From Eledone cirrhosa (Eukaryota): DNA of 64,000 nt. The DNA lies in NCBI GenBank assembly GCA_964016885.1, contig OZ024745.1, positions 51,026,001 to 51,090,000 on the forward strand, read 5' to 3'. Below are positions 11,597-24,780 of this stretch, one piece after another. How positions within the stretch are numbered: the first letter of the stretch is position 1; each line of letters opens with the position of its first letter. The notes under the pieces are model-generated. The model saw only the letters and a list, made by a program, of their open reading frames with translations. It made no database searches and was not told the origin of the DNA. Made by a program: the position numbers and the translations under genes.

Positions 11597-11646
11597 GAAC
11601 TGCAGACACTAATGTTTCTAGGTATCACCCTTCATCAGTACAGCTC
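11597..11646 (-). ncRNA. Type I hammerhead ribozyme motif
   Basis: Minus strand: gagctgta-CTGATGA-agggtgataccta-GAAA-cattagtg-TC-tgcagttc. Stem I is 8 bp including G-U pairs, with a GUC triplet. Confidence 0.8.
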
Positions 11647-11955
11647 ACTGTTCACCTGCCAACTGTCAGAGCTAGTGAAAATATTTGCTATTTTCTAAAA
11701 TATACAGTGACTAAAATATATTAGTGTCTGCAGTTCTATTTACATGCCAACACAAGAGCAAGAATGAAGAGTTCATTCTACTGACATGGCTTTAAAAATG
11801 AGGCTTGTTTGCATAATTGCAAACGAATCCAATGTTCGAAAAATTCAGATTACATTTATTGTATTCAGCCATGTATAGCGAAAAAAAAAAATATATCAAT
11901 GGGTTAAAGACGTCTCTCAAATCAATTAGTGGTATATATATAAATATTGTGTAAA

Positions 11956-12250
11956 TTTTGAAAGTAGGTTTATAAGTATGAATTTTCAGAAGATTTTCGC
12001 AGCTGTCTCAGTGGACTAGCGGTAGGTACAATAGTCGGTGGAGATCCTGGTCTTGGGTTCAAGCCTGGTCGAGAAGTACATGTAATCCTTTTCAGTTTTC
12101 ATTTTACATCCCATAGAAAAAAACTAAAAAGGTTTAACGGGAACCCTACTCTCGACCAGGATCACCCCCGTCTATGATTCCTCCAACTAGGCCGCCGAGA
12201 CAGCTACGAAACTATAATGAAAATTAATAATTATAAACCTACTTTCAAAA
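11956..12250. repeat. Diverged inverted repeat with tRNA-like segment
   Basis: ttttgaaagtaggtttataa...ttcgcagctgtctcagtggactag pairs with ctaggccgccgagacagctacgaa...ttataaacctactttcaaaa. The left arm has A-box-like tggactagcgg and B-box ggttcaagcc. Confidence 0.75.
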
Positions 12251-12410
12251 TCAAAGTTAAAAAGTTGTGGTGTCATTCATGGCTTTCATATTTAGCTATT
12301 AATCATATTTAGGGTCAACTTGTCAATATTCTGGCTCTTTGGTAACAACCTTATTATTCCTATGTGTGTTTAACTGTTGAATTAATTGAATTTTATGATT
12401 TTAACAAACA

Positions 12411-12442
<32 letters not shown>

Positions 12443-12683
12443 TGAGTAATTGTGAAAGACCAAAGCTCATTATTGAAAGTCTCTCGATTTCGCAAAATAC
12501 AAAATATCTTTTATTAGAGAAGGTAAGATATTTTTCCGCAAAAATTTGATTGCACTGTTTCGTTTCCACTTATGTATTTCTTGAAAATGTTATTTATTCA
12601 TTATAAAAATTAAATAATAGCATTCTATATGTAGGTGGGCCCCCTTCATTTCCTGGCAACCAATATTTTTAGACCCAATCCGC

Positions 12684-12737
<54 letters not shown>

Positions 12738-12978
12738 AGGTAAATATCTCACTGAGTACTAAGTACCCATAGAGATATATAGGGTGTCTATAATATCATT
12801 GTTGTTCTATGGTACTAATTCGAGATACCAGATCTATAAAAATTGATGAGCAGAACAAACAAACAAACATTAAACAATCCTTTAAATAAATTAAAAAATG
12901 ATTTAAATATCTACCTGTTCATAATGCTACTACGGCGGTTTCCATCTACAAAAGATTGGAAATTCAGAGAATTTCCAA

Positions 12979-13024
<46 letters not shown>

Positions 13025-13246
13025 AATCAACAATAACAAAACAGAACACAAACTACATCAATTGCACGGTTGTAAACATATACAACGTTAATGAGATTTT
13101 AAAATAAAAATAAAAAATAAGAGGAAAAGGCTTTCATAAGCCATTACCCAGGCTACCAGATTATATGCTTCTCAGAAAAATCCACCGATTGTGTTTATAG
13201 GGAACATCTAATAAGATTTAGCGTAGAATGAGAGCTGACAATATAT

Positions 13247-16200
13247 ATTTTGAAGGGCTGCTCAGACGTTTTGAACTGTCTGACAGGTATAAGCTGGATT
13301 ATCCGAATGTGCCAATGTGGACATGGGCAAACCGCATCGGGTCATCCAGATCGTATTTAGATAGGGTATTCTGTAGGGAAACAGATAAGGCTAGTGTAGG
13401 TTGTCCACAATTTAAAGTAGTTGACTACACTGACCACAAATTTGTGATCTGTGAAGTTGACTTAAATAGACTCCATAGGTAAGGGCCCGGCTACTGGAAG
13501 CTGAGCGCGTCGTTCCCGGCGCGCGAAGCGTACAGAGACCGGAGTAGCGAATTAGTTAAGCGTGCGTTGACGGGTGCGATTGTCAACAACAGGTGGTGGT
13601 TTACCCTGAAAAGGGCTATTAGAGTAGAATCGATAAGGTTTAACAAAGGAGTAGTGATAGAGGAAAATAGAGTAGAGGGAGAGTTAGTTAGAAAGCTAGA
13701 AGAGGAGTTTAGGATAGGCATCGCAAACGACGTGCTTGCGGCGAGATTGGCACTCGACCAATTCTTCAACGCAAAGCATGAAGGCTGCGTTGTCAGAGCT
13801 AGAACTCGTGCTCTGAGACACGAGGGGACGAAAGCCGTTCAATTGGCCTGGGTGGTGGAGGCGCGACGTGGCAACAAGTCCACAATTCGGTCTTTGCCTG
13901 ATCAAAACGGGCGCATGTTGCTCGAACCCGAGCAGATGTGTGCGGCTTTTCAACAGCACTTTGCTCAATTGTTCGGGAGCGGCGGCGGGCCGGTTCGGAG
14001 TATGGACTTCGGTGCATACCTCGACGGACTGCCGCGGCTCTCGACGATCGTATCTCAGTGCTGCGAAAAGCTGATAACAGCAGGTGAAATACGGGGCGCG
14101 AAGTCTGACTGCACGAGGGGTAAATCGCCATGTTTGGATGGTCTGCCCTACGAGCTTTATGCGTATATGCCAGACTTGTTCGGCGAACTCTTGGCAGATG
14201 TCTACTGCAACTGGCAGCAGAACGGGAGCATTCCCAGTTTTGTGAGCCGGGGAGCGATGGCGCTGCTGAGAAAAGACCCGAACAAGGGGGCCGTTATAGA
14301 CAACTTCAGGCCCATAACTCTGCTAAACGCAGAGTTTAAGATTTTGGCCAAGGCGTTAGCAAAGAGATTAGCGCTTGTCGTCGGTGATCTGTTGGGAGAG
14401 GCGCAGACATTCGCCATCCCGAACAGATCCATCCACGACAACCTCTATCTCATACGATACATCATAGAGAGGGTGGTTAAGGAACCTGGCAGGGGTGGGG
14501 CCCTGATCAACTTGGATTAATCTAAAGCATTTGATAGGGTCGACCATCGGTACCTGACTGCGTTTTTAGGGGCTGGATCGCTGCGATGCACAGCGACTTC
14601 TGCTCGATTGTGAGGGTGAATTGTCACCTGTCGCAGCCTTTCAGCATCATGCGCTCGGTCCGCTAGGGTTGCTCCCTCTCGTCCCTCTTGTACGTACTGG
14701 CTCTAGAGCCTTTACTACACAAATTGGAGCCAATGAGGGAGGTTCCACGCGAACTGGAATGCGGGAGATCCGTGTCAGCTTACGCCGACGACGTCACCGT
14801 GGTGGTGTCGAGCACCAAACACGTCCAGATGCTCGGCACTTCTCTCAAGGAATACGAGCGGTGACAGGAGCAAAGATAAACCAGGTAAAGTCGGTGGGCT
14901 TGCAACTCGGCACCTGGAGTCCATGCCGTCCGACAGCGTCGTGGGGCGCTGGACGGAAGGACCGGTTAAATTGCTCAGGGTCTGGTTCGGTTCGGACCTC
15001 CAAATGGAGAAAAACTGGTGACGAGCAGGCTGGCCTCTCTCACCCAGAAATGGGCCGAGAGGTGACTGTCTCTGAAAGGTCGGGCGGAGGTGGCGAATGC
15101 GTATATAGCGTCCGTCATCTGCTACCGCCTGACCGTCGTACCTTGCTCCCGCCCAACTCTGACCAAAATGGAGCGTCTTCTCTTCCGCTTATTGTGGAAA
15201 GGACGTGCCCCCATGGTCAGACGATCCATTTGCTGTCAACACCCATTGCGTGGAGGACTAGGCATTCCGTGGCTGATGATGCGCAAACATGCGCTGAGGC
15301 TGCGACATCTCTGGTGCTTCCTTGACGGTGAACAGGTGTGGTTGCCGTTTGCCAGACGCGCTTTTTCCCAGCTTGTATCCTTGACGGAGCTGCAGTGCAG
15401 TCCTAGATCAGGAAAAGACCGAGGGATAGCGCTTGGAAGCTGGAATGTCTCCAAGCGCTCACCGCCCTCTACCGGCTGGGCACTAGTATCAGTGAAACAT
15501 CCACCTCGGCGTTCTATAGAGGGCTAGTGGAGGGAAAGAACGATGACGTTCTCGGGGAGACCCTGGGCGTCGAAGACGATCAGCTGTTCGCTCTGTTCAA
15601 GAGAACTTTCAGACCGGGGCCTATGGACAACTTCTAGAAATCCCTCGCCTGGCAGTGCTACCGGGGAGCGTTGCCGGTTCGGGATAAGCTCTACAGGCAC
15701 GGAGGTGCTGTCAGCCGAACCTGTCCGAGATGCGCTCAGGGCGACGAAACCGTCCTGCTCGCACTCGTTCAGTGCCCGAGGATTGCTGACTTGTGGAGCT
15801 ATGTAGAACAGCTGCTGTCGCGTGTAGGACGGATCCGGTTATCGACTGAGTCCATTGTGCTGATAGCCCCGCCATCCTCCTTTAAAGAGGAGGAAGGGCA
15901 GGCAGTTTTCATCTGCCTGGTGGCCATGGCGAAAGAGATTGTGTGGTGGACAAGATTGAAAGGGTTGAAGACGGACACTTTCCTCTCCGGTCAATCCCTG
16001 ATTAACTTTTTCAAGTTTCACTTGAAGAGCAAAATCAGGGTAGAGAGACAAGTGCTGTGTTCTAGCAAGTTTGTTGAAAGGTGGGTGAAAGTGGCGAGTC
16101 TGGTCCGAGTGAACGGGCCCGCTCTGTGTATACGCCTGTAGACTGAGGAGTGGGAAAAGTGAGAGAGGGCGCTTTCCCTGGTGGTCAGGGTGGCCGTGGT

Positions 16201-16426
16201 CTTTTGTGTGGTTTTCACCACGAGTGACCCTTGGAGGTTTCCCCCTTCTTGGGGAATTTTTGTTGTTTGATTTCTTTTGGATTTTTAGCCCAATTTTGTT
16301 ATAACCTGTTTACACGACCAAAACCCACTTTGTATCGTCCTGTCCTGTTCTGTGCCGTCCCTAATGTTTTTCTTCGTGTCAGCCCTTGTGGCCAATAAAG
16401 AAACCATTATTATTATTATTATTATT
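13247..16426 (+). mobile_element. 5'-truncated Tx1/L1-clade LINE (ORF2 pseudogene: APE C-terminus, RT, Cys-rich domain) with (ATT)n tail
   Basis: Motifs SYLDRV..TDH, GPGYWKL, KSPCLDGLPYE, NFRPITLLNAEFKILAK, LINLD*SKAFDRVDH, AYADD (gcttacgccgacgac at ~14778) and CPRC..ETV...VQCP. There are several stops and frameshifts. The 3' end reads aataaagaaacc(att)n. Confidence 0.92.
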
Positions 16427-16429
16427 GCA

Positions 16430-16585
16430 CATTATTACTGCTTTACTGCCTTGGGTATGAGCAGTGTAGTTTTTGTTGATGTTGTTTCTATTGTATAGAT
16501 AGTACTTTTTATGTGCAGTGCCTAGTACTGCTATCTTTTGTATGCTGTATATATTTCTAAGTCCTGGGATTTTATTATTGTTATT
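16430..16585 (-). mobile_element. 3' fragment of an R4/Dong-like (RLE) non-LTR element
   Basis: Minus-strand translation KIPGLRNIYSIQKIAVLGTAH resembles the conserved C-terminus of R4-group ORFs. It ends in (TAA)-type repeats. Confidence 0.55.
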
Positions 16586-17847
16586 ATGGTGGAATTTGTA
16601 CTAAATGAGTAATAACTCAGTGATTAACACAATTATTTTTGTTTACACGATACTTTACATCATCAAGTTTCAGTAGAAGTCACATTTTTGTTTTAAAAGC
16701 AATGACTTAAAATTGTATTGCATCCAGTTTGTTATCATTACGCAAATTACGTACTGGTATGTTAACAAGGCTCAATTATTTATAATTACTATTACAATAC
16801 TAATTCTTATTCGGTGAATTTAATGAAACAAGGATAAGCTGTGCCCATGACATGATATGCTTCCTGGCCGAAATCGTTTGTCACGGGTGTGCTTCAGAAA
16901 CCTTGTGTCAGAAACTTCTTTGTCAACTCTAAAGACCCTACGTTGCCACTAGTTTAAAGAAAACCATATCTAGAGTAAAGTTTAGTAGTGTGCAAGCAGA
17001 ATTTATTAACGGACGTTTCATTCCATTCGTGTTTCTAAAGCTCTCTTAGATGGTATATTTTCCATCAAGATTTTTTAAATATCCAAAATATATTGAAAAC
17101 GGGCAATGGAGATGCTGATATATTAATAGTAAATTCTGAATTCAAATTATGAATATTTTAACTATCACCACAATAGCAAAGAAGGCCAGTAAAATAACAC
17201 ACTTCAGTTGAAAATATTCTGGTCATATACAAAATTTAACAATATCTAGTGCAGAAGTCAACACTATAGGGCAAACAGTAACAACAATATGAGTCATAAC
17301 TGAGATCATGTTTCGATCATTTATTAGAAACTAACTCATTTCGTTTTCATTGTTCATGTTATTTGAAAAGTCAGAAATATGATAATATGTCGTTTCTTAT
17401 TTCAAACATATTAAAGGTTTCATTTAGAGATCAAATGTTTATATATATGCATAAAAATGTATATTTACTTTTCGGAATTTTTAACGATTTCTGTTAAGAA
17501 AAGTTCTATTTATTACAAGTTATAAAATGCTAAGTCGAAATTTAAGCAATTCTGTTAGTGCATTGTTATCTATTTTTATTTATCTCAAGTACTTTTCAAA
17601 TTTCAACAGATAACCAGATAACACGCATAAGTATATTATTATTATATGATATCCTGCATACAGCATGCACTGCAGTATAGTCCGTTCCTCAACTGTCAAC
17701 TGGAGAACGCATTATCATCCATAGAACTACCACACCATTGCGTTTGCTACTATAACATTTCTAATTATGTAGCAACTAATTTTGCTCTTATTGTCTGTCG
17801 TTGTTTCTGCTGCTGTTTTTGTTGTCGTTGCCGTTATTGCTTTTGTT

Positions 17848-19922
17848 GTCGTTGTTGTTGTTGTTGTTGTTGATTCACCTCAGGCGCCTGAGGATCCTCC
17901 TCAGAAGCGCTAGAGATGCGACTGGGAGACCGACTAATTCCTCTAAGGATGTGCCGAGTTGGTGATGGTATCTCTCGATCGCCAATGCAGGGCATCGTAG
18001 CCAAAGGTGTTCAGACAACCCCTCCTCTTCACCGCAGAGTCTGCAAGTGCTGTCTTCACATTTGTCCGTCAGTAGCTTCCACCTGCGAAGTGCTGGATGG
18101 TGCCCACTTCTGAAGTGGATAAGGTGGGTGAGATCAGCCTTGTCTATAGCATTTTCGACTCTATCGACCGGCGGTTTGCTGAAGGTTTGGATAGTTCTCT
18201 CGTGGGTGAAGGGTGCTGGTCTACACTACCTTTTGATGAGAGCTTGTCTCATGGCATGGTCAGCAGGGGTGTTAGGTTGTGGAAGTGAGGAGCCCTGCTT
18301 TGCGAGTTTGTCTGATAGTTCATTCCCTTGTAGATTACAGTGATCAGGGACCCATACAACCGTTAGGTTGTTGTCTTCTCCGGGGTTGTTAACTGCTGTC
18401 TGGAGTTCAGTTATAGTGGGATCTTTGGGGGTAGAAATGTCGATTGCCTGAACTAGAGATTTACAGTCGCAGATGATGGTCGCTGAAGTCCATTTTGCGT
18501 TATTGGTTTATAACCAGTGGATGGCTTCTCTAAGCGAAGCTTTTTCTGAGTCAAAGGAGCTAGTTCTAGCGCCTGTTGCTGTACGCCACGCGTGCACGAC
18601 CTCGCCATCTTTCATGATGACCATACCAGCTCCGCCATCGGTAGTACCTTCTTTTGTAGACCCATCGGTGTAGATTTGAACATCTGACGGGGCGAGGGTT
18701 GATATGGTGTCTAAGGCTGCCGTCAGTTGTTGGTTTGCGTTTTGGGAATTTGAGGTATTGGTGTAGATTACATGTATGGGGGGGGGGGGGGGGTAGCCAT
18801 GGGAGAGGTTCTGGGTTTTGGGGTAGGGGTGTCGGGGGGATAAGTTGTAGTCGTGCCAGGTGCTGGGATTGGGTGCCTCTCCAGTCTGTCTTTTGAGCCT
18901 TTTTCGGTAGCTGGTATTGAAAACTTTGTGCCATTCGTCCGTCTTTGGTAGGTTTGCCCAGTGATCAGCTTTAAGCAGTGCAAATGTCGAGAATCTGGAG
19001 GAGAGCGTAGGTAACTGCGATTCTGCTAGGACAGTGTCGGTCGGCGTGGTTCTGACTTGGCCGGTTATGGCTTGAGCCACGTCTAGTTGTACTCTTTCGA
19101 GCTTGCCAATGTTGGTGGCAGACAACCAGGGTGTCCACGCCGGGGCCGCATATTCTGCGATGCTTCGTTGTACGGCAGTATAGATTTGACGAAGATCCGT
19201 CTTCTTTAAGCCCCACGTCGTCCCTGCTACAGTTTTTAGTAGGTTCGTTCTCGATTGGATAGTTCGACATACCTTCTCGACATGCTCCCCAAAGGTTAAC
19301 TGCCGATCGTATGTGATGCCCAGGAATTTTGGGAAAGGGTTGCAAGAAAGTTGCTTCCCGGCTATTGCGATACTGGCCTGCCACTTTGCCTCTGCTCCAT
19401 CAAGACTGAAAAATGCTCTCTCGCATTTATTAATATTGAGCTGCAGTCTAGCTTCCTTGTTCCATTCAGCTACCTTGTCAACCTCTTTTTGTAGTAGGAC
19501 GACTACTTCATCTTTATTCCTTCCGTTACACGCGATCGCCAGATCATCTGCGTAGGCGCTGATGTGCGTAGGTTCTTCAAATCCATCTAGGAGGCTGTTT
19601 ATGTAGACCGTGAAGAGGATTGGAGACAGGACGGCCCCTTGTGGAAGGCCTTCTTTAAACACTCTGCTCCTATCTGTCGTTGAGTTAAGACGGGCTCTCG
19701 CGGTGCGGTTCACGAACCATGTCGACAACCATTCAACAAAACGTAGGGGAACACCAAGCCTCAGCATACTCTGCAGTAGTCCGGTTCTCCAGACACGATC
19801 GTACGCCCTGCTAAAGTCGAAAAAGGTGGCTAGGGTGCGTTTGCGCTGCGACGACTGGAACCCCTCTGAGATGAATTGGGAGAGTCGGGGGCATTGATCG
19901 GTTGTACTGCATCCTTTCCTGA
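17848..19922 (-). mobile_element. 5'-truncated I-group (Ingi/I-like) LINE with RT and RNase H, (CAA)n tail
   Basis: Motifs RKGCSTTDQ, DFSRAYDRVW, GLPQGAVLSP, AYADD, KFLGI; RNase H IYTDGS...ICDCKS...WVPDH..GNELSDKLAK; C-terminal CRLC...HLWLRCP. Candidate TSD cgttgccgtt(a/g)ttgct at 17826 and 19923. Confidence 0.88.
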
Positions 19923-21424
19923 CGTTGCCGTTGTTGCTGCTCTTATTGTAGTTATTGTTGTTCGCAACAGTGTCCTTGTCTGTAGTGGTGGTAGTGGTAA
20001 CACTGGTGACGTTGGTGGAGGAAGAGATGATGTAGGCGTAAAAAAAATAAAATTCAAATTCAAATAGTTTGGGCTTTTGGCCCAGATATTATGGGGTCGC
20101 CTTTTCAGAGGGCAATGTATGATGTTTCTAACCAAAATATTCAATAAATTACACTTCAAGCATCGTAAAACAACAAACCATACAGAGCTAATAATAACAC
20201 GTTTTCGCAAGTCAGTAACCAATAATAATATTAATAATAATTGTTTCTACTTTTAGCACAAGGCCAGAATAATATTAATAATAATAACAATAATATTCAT
20301 CTTCATCGTGAGTATTCTAAATTAGCCAAATAGTTAAAGGAAACGGATGCACACAATTGACTGATTTTCCGGAGGAAAAAAGAAAAGAAACCATAAAAAA
20401 AAATTAAATTAAATTAGACACTTCTGAATGGAAACATTTCTGATATATATGGGAATACTAGTAAAAATGAAACATCATATCACCACATGCCACTAGAATC
20501 GTTGGAACAATTCTAAAATGTTCTATTTCAACAAGTATGTGCTAGCTTGTAGTTTACGAAAAATAATTCGACATGACATTCCCACAAAACGTTCTTTGTT
20601 TCTTTACTTCCCACACGATAGTTTCTACTTGATAAGTAACACATATATTCCGCTTGTGGATTTCCTGTTGTTACATAGTCCCAAACCAGGCTTCTTCAAA
20701 CATATGACCAAACATATACTAGCGGTGTTAGTCCAAGAACTACGAGATCTAATGTGGCCTACATTTTGGAAGATGATAGGGTGTGATTAGAGGGAGAATT
20801 GGCATTATCTATAGTACATTGAGCGACGTATAGGTGTATATTTTAGTTTGTTTCTATTACAAATTGGGAGCATATCAACAGGTTGATGATGGGTTTAATA
20901 AAGTCGCTCTGTGAAGTAAAGATTAAGGATAGTAAAATGTAACAATTCAGTAACAAGTCGTATTGATGAGACTGTTGGAAAGACGATAACTTCAGAACTT
21001 TAATAATGCTTTTGAGATTTTACTATTCTCACTTCCTATAAAAATCACAGCAGTCCCAGTAACATATGCATTGAATTTATCTTTACGAAATTGCTTTTCA
21101 TATGAAACAATTTTCGGTTTTTAGAGGCGTAATTAAGAAACAATACGATTCCTCCAATAATTCTTTCTCTTGCAACTAAAACCCAGGTTGTGTTGTTAAA
21201 CTCATAATGCACGGGACCCTTCGGTAAAGAATAATTAAAACACCATTTTAAGTGAAAGGGGCGGAAAGATAAAGAATGAAAGACAGGGGGATGAGCTAGG
21301 TGAGTGCAAGTAACCACAAGAAGTAGATAAGGAAAATAATCATTCACCACCGTGGAAGTAGTGATGAATCATGATAGCTACTAAGAAAACATACAGGAGA
21401 GTGTAAGTAGACATGCGCAGACAA

Positions 21425-21600
21425 ACAGGGTCAGTTGTGTTCTTGAACAAAACACTTTATTTCACGTTAGTCCTGATCACTCACTTGTAGAAATGAATTG
21501 TAACGTCACTGGTACCAAGCTGTATCGGCCATTGCCTTTTCCTTGGACAACATCGAAGGCATGCTTAGGCAACTGCTGGTCTTCCACAAACACAAAACTA
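21425..21600 (+). mobile_element. Second SINE-like family fragment
   Basis: cttgaacaaaacactttatttcacgt matches the reverse complement of 44300-44328; the 3' part matches 1650-1680. Confidence 0.6.
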
Positions 21601-21889
21601 TGGTCATTTGTGACCGAAGGCGGCCTATGATACATATATATAATATAATAGGTGGTAAAATCGAAGTTTTAGCAGATGTACAGCAAGTACTATTCGATTT
21701 GTTTGAGACAATTCCGAAGCACTCAATGGGCCGAAAGTTAAACACATTAATATATATATATATGAATGTATGTATAGTATATCTGGCGATATGCTGTATG
21801 TTTAATTAAAAGCATTTTGAAGACCTTGCGCTATTATTATAAAGTAGTAACTATGTCACTTTCTTCTTTTTTCAACAAGGGAAGAGAGA

Positions 21890-21935
21890 TAAGCTGACAG
21901 ATCTGTTTCACACTCTTGGTGTTCATCAGAGCTTA
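21890..21935 (-). ncRNA. Canonical minimal type I hammerhead ribozyme motif
   Basis: Minus strand: taagct-CTGATGA-acac-caaga-gtgt-GAAA-cagatctg-TC-agctta. Stems I, II and III are perfect, stem III is palindromic (acagatctgt), and the triplet is GUC. Confidence 0.88.
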
Positions 21936-22158
21936 GCACTCACCGACCTTTGTTGAAAATTATAGAGGCTGGATTCTTATAGAATTCCAGGAATAATCAG
22001 GAACTGATTATACAGAGCGATTGCCGGTCCAGCAAAAATTGAAAATTAGGATTGGTACAGTATATCGCCAGATATACTATACATTCATGTATACATCGCT
22101 ATTTCAGAGCACCAATCCTGATTTTCATATATATATATATATCTATATCTATATATAT

Positions 22159-22214
<56 letters not shown>

Positions 22215-23310
22215 ACATATATGTCTCCCTCATACTCATATTTAGAGCGGGTTGTTAATTGGGAAATATGGATAATGTTTGAGTTAGGAATTTGGGAGGA
22301 GGTCTTGGTTCTAGTATAGACATTTAGTTCACAGGTTCTCAACCCATAAATACATTCCTTGAAAGGAAATATATAAATAAAAAAAAGGAACATAAATGTT
22401 CTTTTTTATGAATAAGGACCAGTTGAATTTGTTATATTTCCACCAGGCGTTACCAGCTATTTTGAACATTTATACAAGAGCAACTCTGTCTATCCAAAGA
22501 GTACTCTTATCTGGAAGAAAGTGGCAATTATATCATTTCAAAGCTTTCCAATTTTCCCTTTAATGAAACGGACAGAATAAATGTTGATATCAAACTTGAT
22601 GTCCCCCTGCTTTGTGAGCTTAGAGACCACGGAAGAGGGTTTTCATGACCACTCGGGAGGGTATATTTATTAATAAATGGTAAAATATATACAACAAATG
22701 AGTAATTGAATTGTAGTAGATGGTTTCCAGTCCAGTCAGATTGCAACTACAAATAAAAAAAATTGTTAGTTTGCTTTGTAACAATAGCATATCTAAGTTT
22801 TCGGATAAATCAACTTACTTTAACTTTGACCTCATTTCAATGGGACCCTTGAGCTTCATGGAATCTAGCTAACTATTTGACGTGAGGCTGAATTTTTCTA
22901 GCCAGAGATCTCCACGTGTAATTACATTGTAGTGGTTGCGAGTCTTACTGAGCAGTCTGGAAACAGCATCAAACCTCCTCTAGACTAAGCTTGGAAAAGG
23001 CAGAACAAATCTCTTAGCCTCTGCATGTAGGTGTGGAAATCGACGCTGAATTTCCTCTTGCATCCCCAAAAGGGGTTCACCTATTCAAAGCTCCAAACGC
23101 ACCCCTAACGCGACCTTGCTCCCAAACTCCCCCTGGAGTTCTGAAACGCCCCCGGGGATGCATATGCCCCTCGTTGATAACCTTTGATTTAGTTTATAAT
23201 TGGATTTGTTTTCGGTGTGCATTATTTACGTGTAGGGAATTCAGTGATTACTTTGTGTTTGTTCTGGATCTATCTACGTTCAGATTTATGTATTTGAGGG
23301 TCCTATTTGC

Positions 23311-23407
<97 letters not shown>

Positions 23408-23758
23408 AAGAAATCGATATATAATGTATAACTATCATGCAGCTCTACGATCGATCAATGAGAGAATTGAAGCTAAATACCCAATACTTCAGAGGGCTTG
23501 CACACTACCAAATATTATAGGAAATCATATATCTAATACTTTGCAGAGAACAATATAATCAGGCTAAAAAACAAACAAAAGAAAAAACACCAAGACAAAA
23601 TACGTATTATACTTACATAGCCACTATATATTATAAGACCTATATTGAAGCAGAGAAATAGCAATCATCATTAGGTATCTTATAATCCCAGCAAAAATAT
23701 TAAATCGCAAAAGACAGGAGGCCAGCCATTGCTGAAGACATGTGTAGTGTAAACATAT

Positions 23759-24200
23759 AAAGCTCGAACATACGAAGCACTGAAGTAATAATTTTATAGA
23801 TGTAGACTCAAGTGCAGAAAATAATTGCAATTATAATCAGTTGCTATAAAACAGCTTATAAAAATCGAGTAAAGACCTTTAAAGACGGAAGACTTTGGCA
23901 GTGGCTGCTACGAAGAATCGAACTTCACATTACGAAGATACTGGCTGAGTGTACCCAATATAGAGCTAAGGGGTTTCTGACAATGTGTTATAGTATAAAT
24001 TCAGGAGCTGAATCAAACAACTTTTGAAAATGTAAAAAAATATGTATGAAGCTCGAACCTTAATACTTACAAATTGCTGAGAAAATAAATTTATAGACGG
24101 TGTAGGGTGTTCAAGCCCAGAAAATAACTTCAATTACAGTGCTTTGTTACAAAATAGAATATTAGAATAGGGTAAAGATTCTTGGGGACGGAAAAAGATT
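23759..24200 (+). repeat. Two diverged copies (~290-bp spacing) of an unclassified ~160-bp repeat; third copy inverted at 28350-28503
   Basis: Shared pattern aagctcgaac...ctgaag..ataa.tttata...tcaag...agaaaataa.tgcaat...agttgctataaaa.agcttataaaaatcg...agacggaa. Confidence 0.7.
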
Positions 24201-24399
24201 TTGTAACAGCAACCGTTTAGCCGTAAAATAGAAAGGTTGACGAGGTTGAGAATTGAGATATAGGGGGAGAGATAAAGAAGAGAAAAGAGAGGGAGTTGAG
24301 AAAGAAAAGTGTGAAAGATAAGTGAGAGGGTGAGAGAGAGAAGAGAGAACTGTGACTTGTTCGTGAACTATTTGATTTTGTGTGTTAGTGAGCGAAACT

Positions 24400-24780
24400 T
24401 TTTGAATTAGCAGGCACACATTTTTTTATAGAGTCTAAAATGTTTGTGTGAATTGTAAGAACACCGTTCCTGATATGTGAGAAATATTTGAATGTAGGGC
24501 GCTAGGGCATTGTTGTTGTGAGTAGAGCGCAGCAGCTGATCAGGTCTGAAGGAGTTTCTGACACTGAAGAAGAATGTTTAGGAATGTAATTTTGGTAATC
24601 ATTGCTATTAAAAATTCCCCAGGGACAATCAATTTTGTTAGGAGTTTTATGGATTGGACTACGTGATGTTAATGTGTAGGGATGTAGTGTGCGCGGTTAC
24701 TTATTTGATAAGTATAATGATCGTTTTCGGGCGCTATTGAAGAAGACAAGTTTGTCATGTTTTCATTGAAGGATGTTGTT
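24400..24780 (-). mobile_element. Possible highly degraded Penelope-type RT fragment
   Basis: Weak, frameshifted resemblance to LPKIHK.NCPGRPI and SLYTNIPH motifs (KIDCPG; LHSNISH). Confidence 0.3.

Larger units (their letters stand above)
11379..11854. repeat. Fold-back element: arms 11536-11613/11720-11797 plus outer arms 11379-11403/11831-11854
   Basis: The arms are reverse complements with few mismatches, and the left arm is interrupted by the SINE. Confidence 0.85.
11075..12688. mobile_element. Non-autonomous TIR DNA transposon (possibly hAT-like) containing nested insertions
   Basis: Left end CAGTGGCGGACTAG; right end reverse complement TAGTGGCGGATTGG. Both subtermini carry gggccc, and both ends abut (TA)n. 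No transposase was seen. Confidence 0.6.

Noticed and set aside
23445-23502. Minus-strand CTGAAGT...gatcgatcgTA hammerhead-like stretch
   Set aside because: It lacks GAAA and A9; too degenerate to call.
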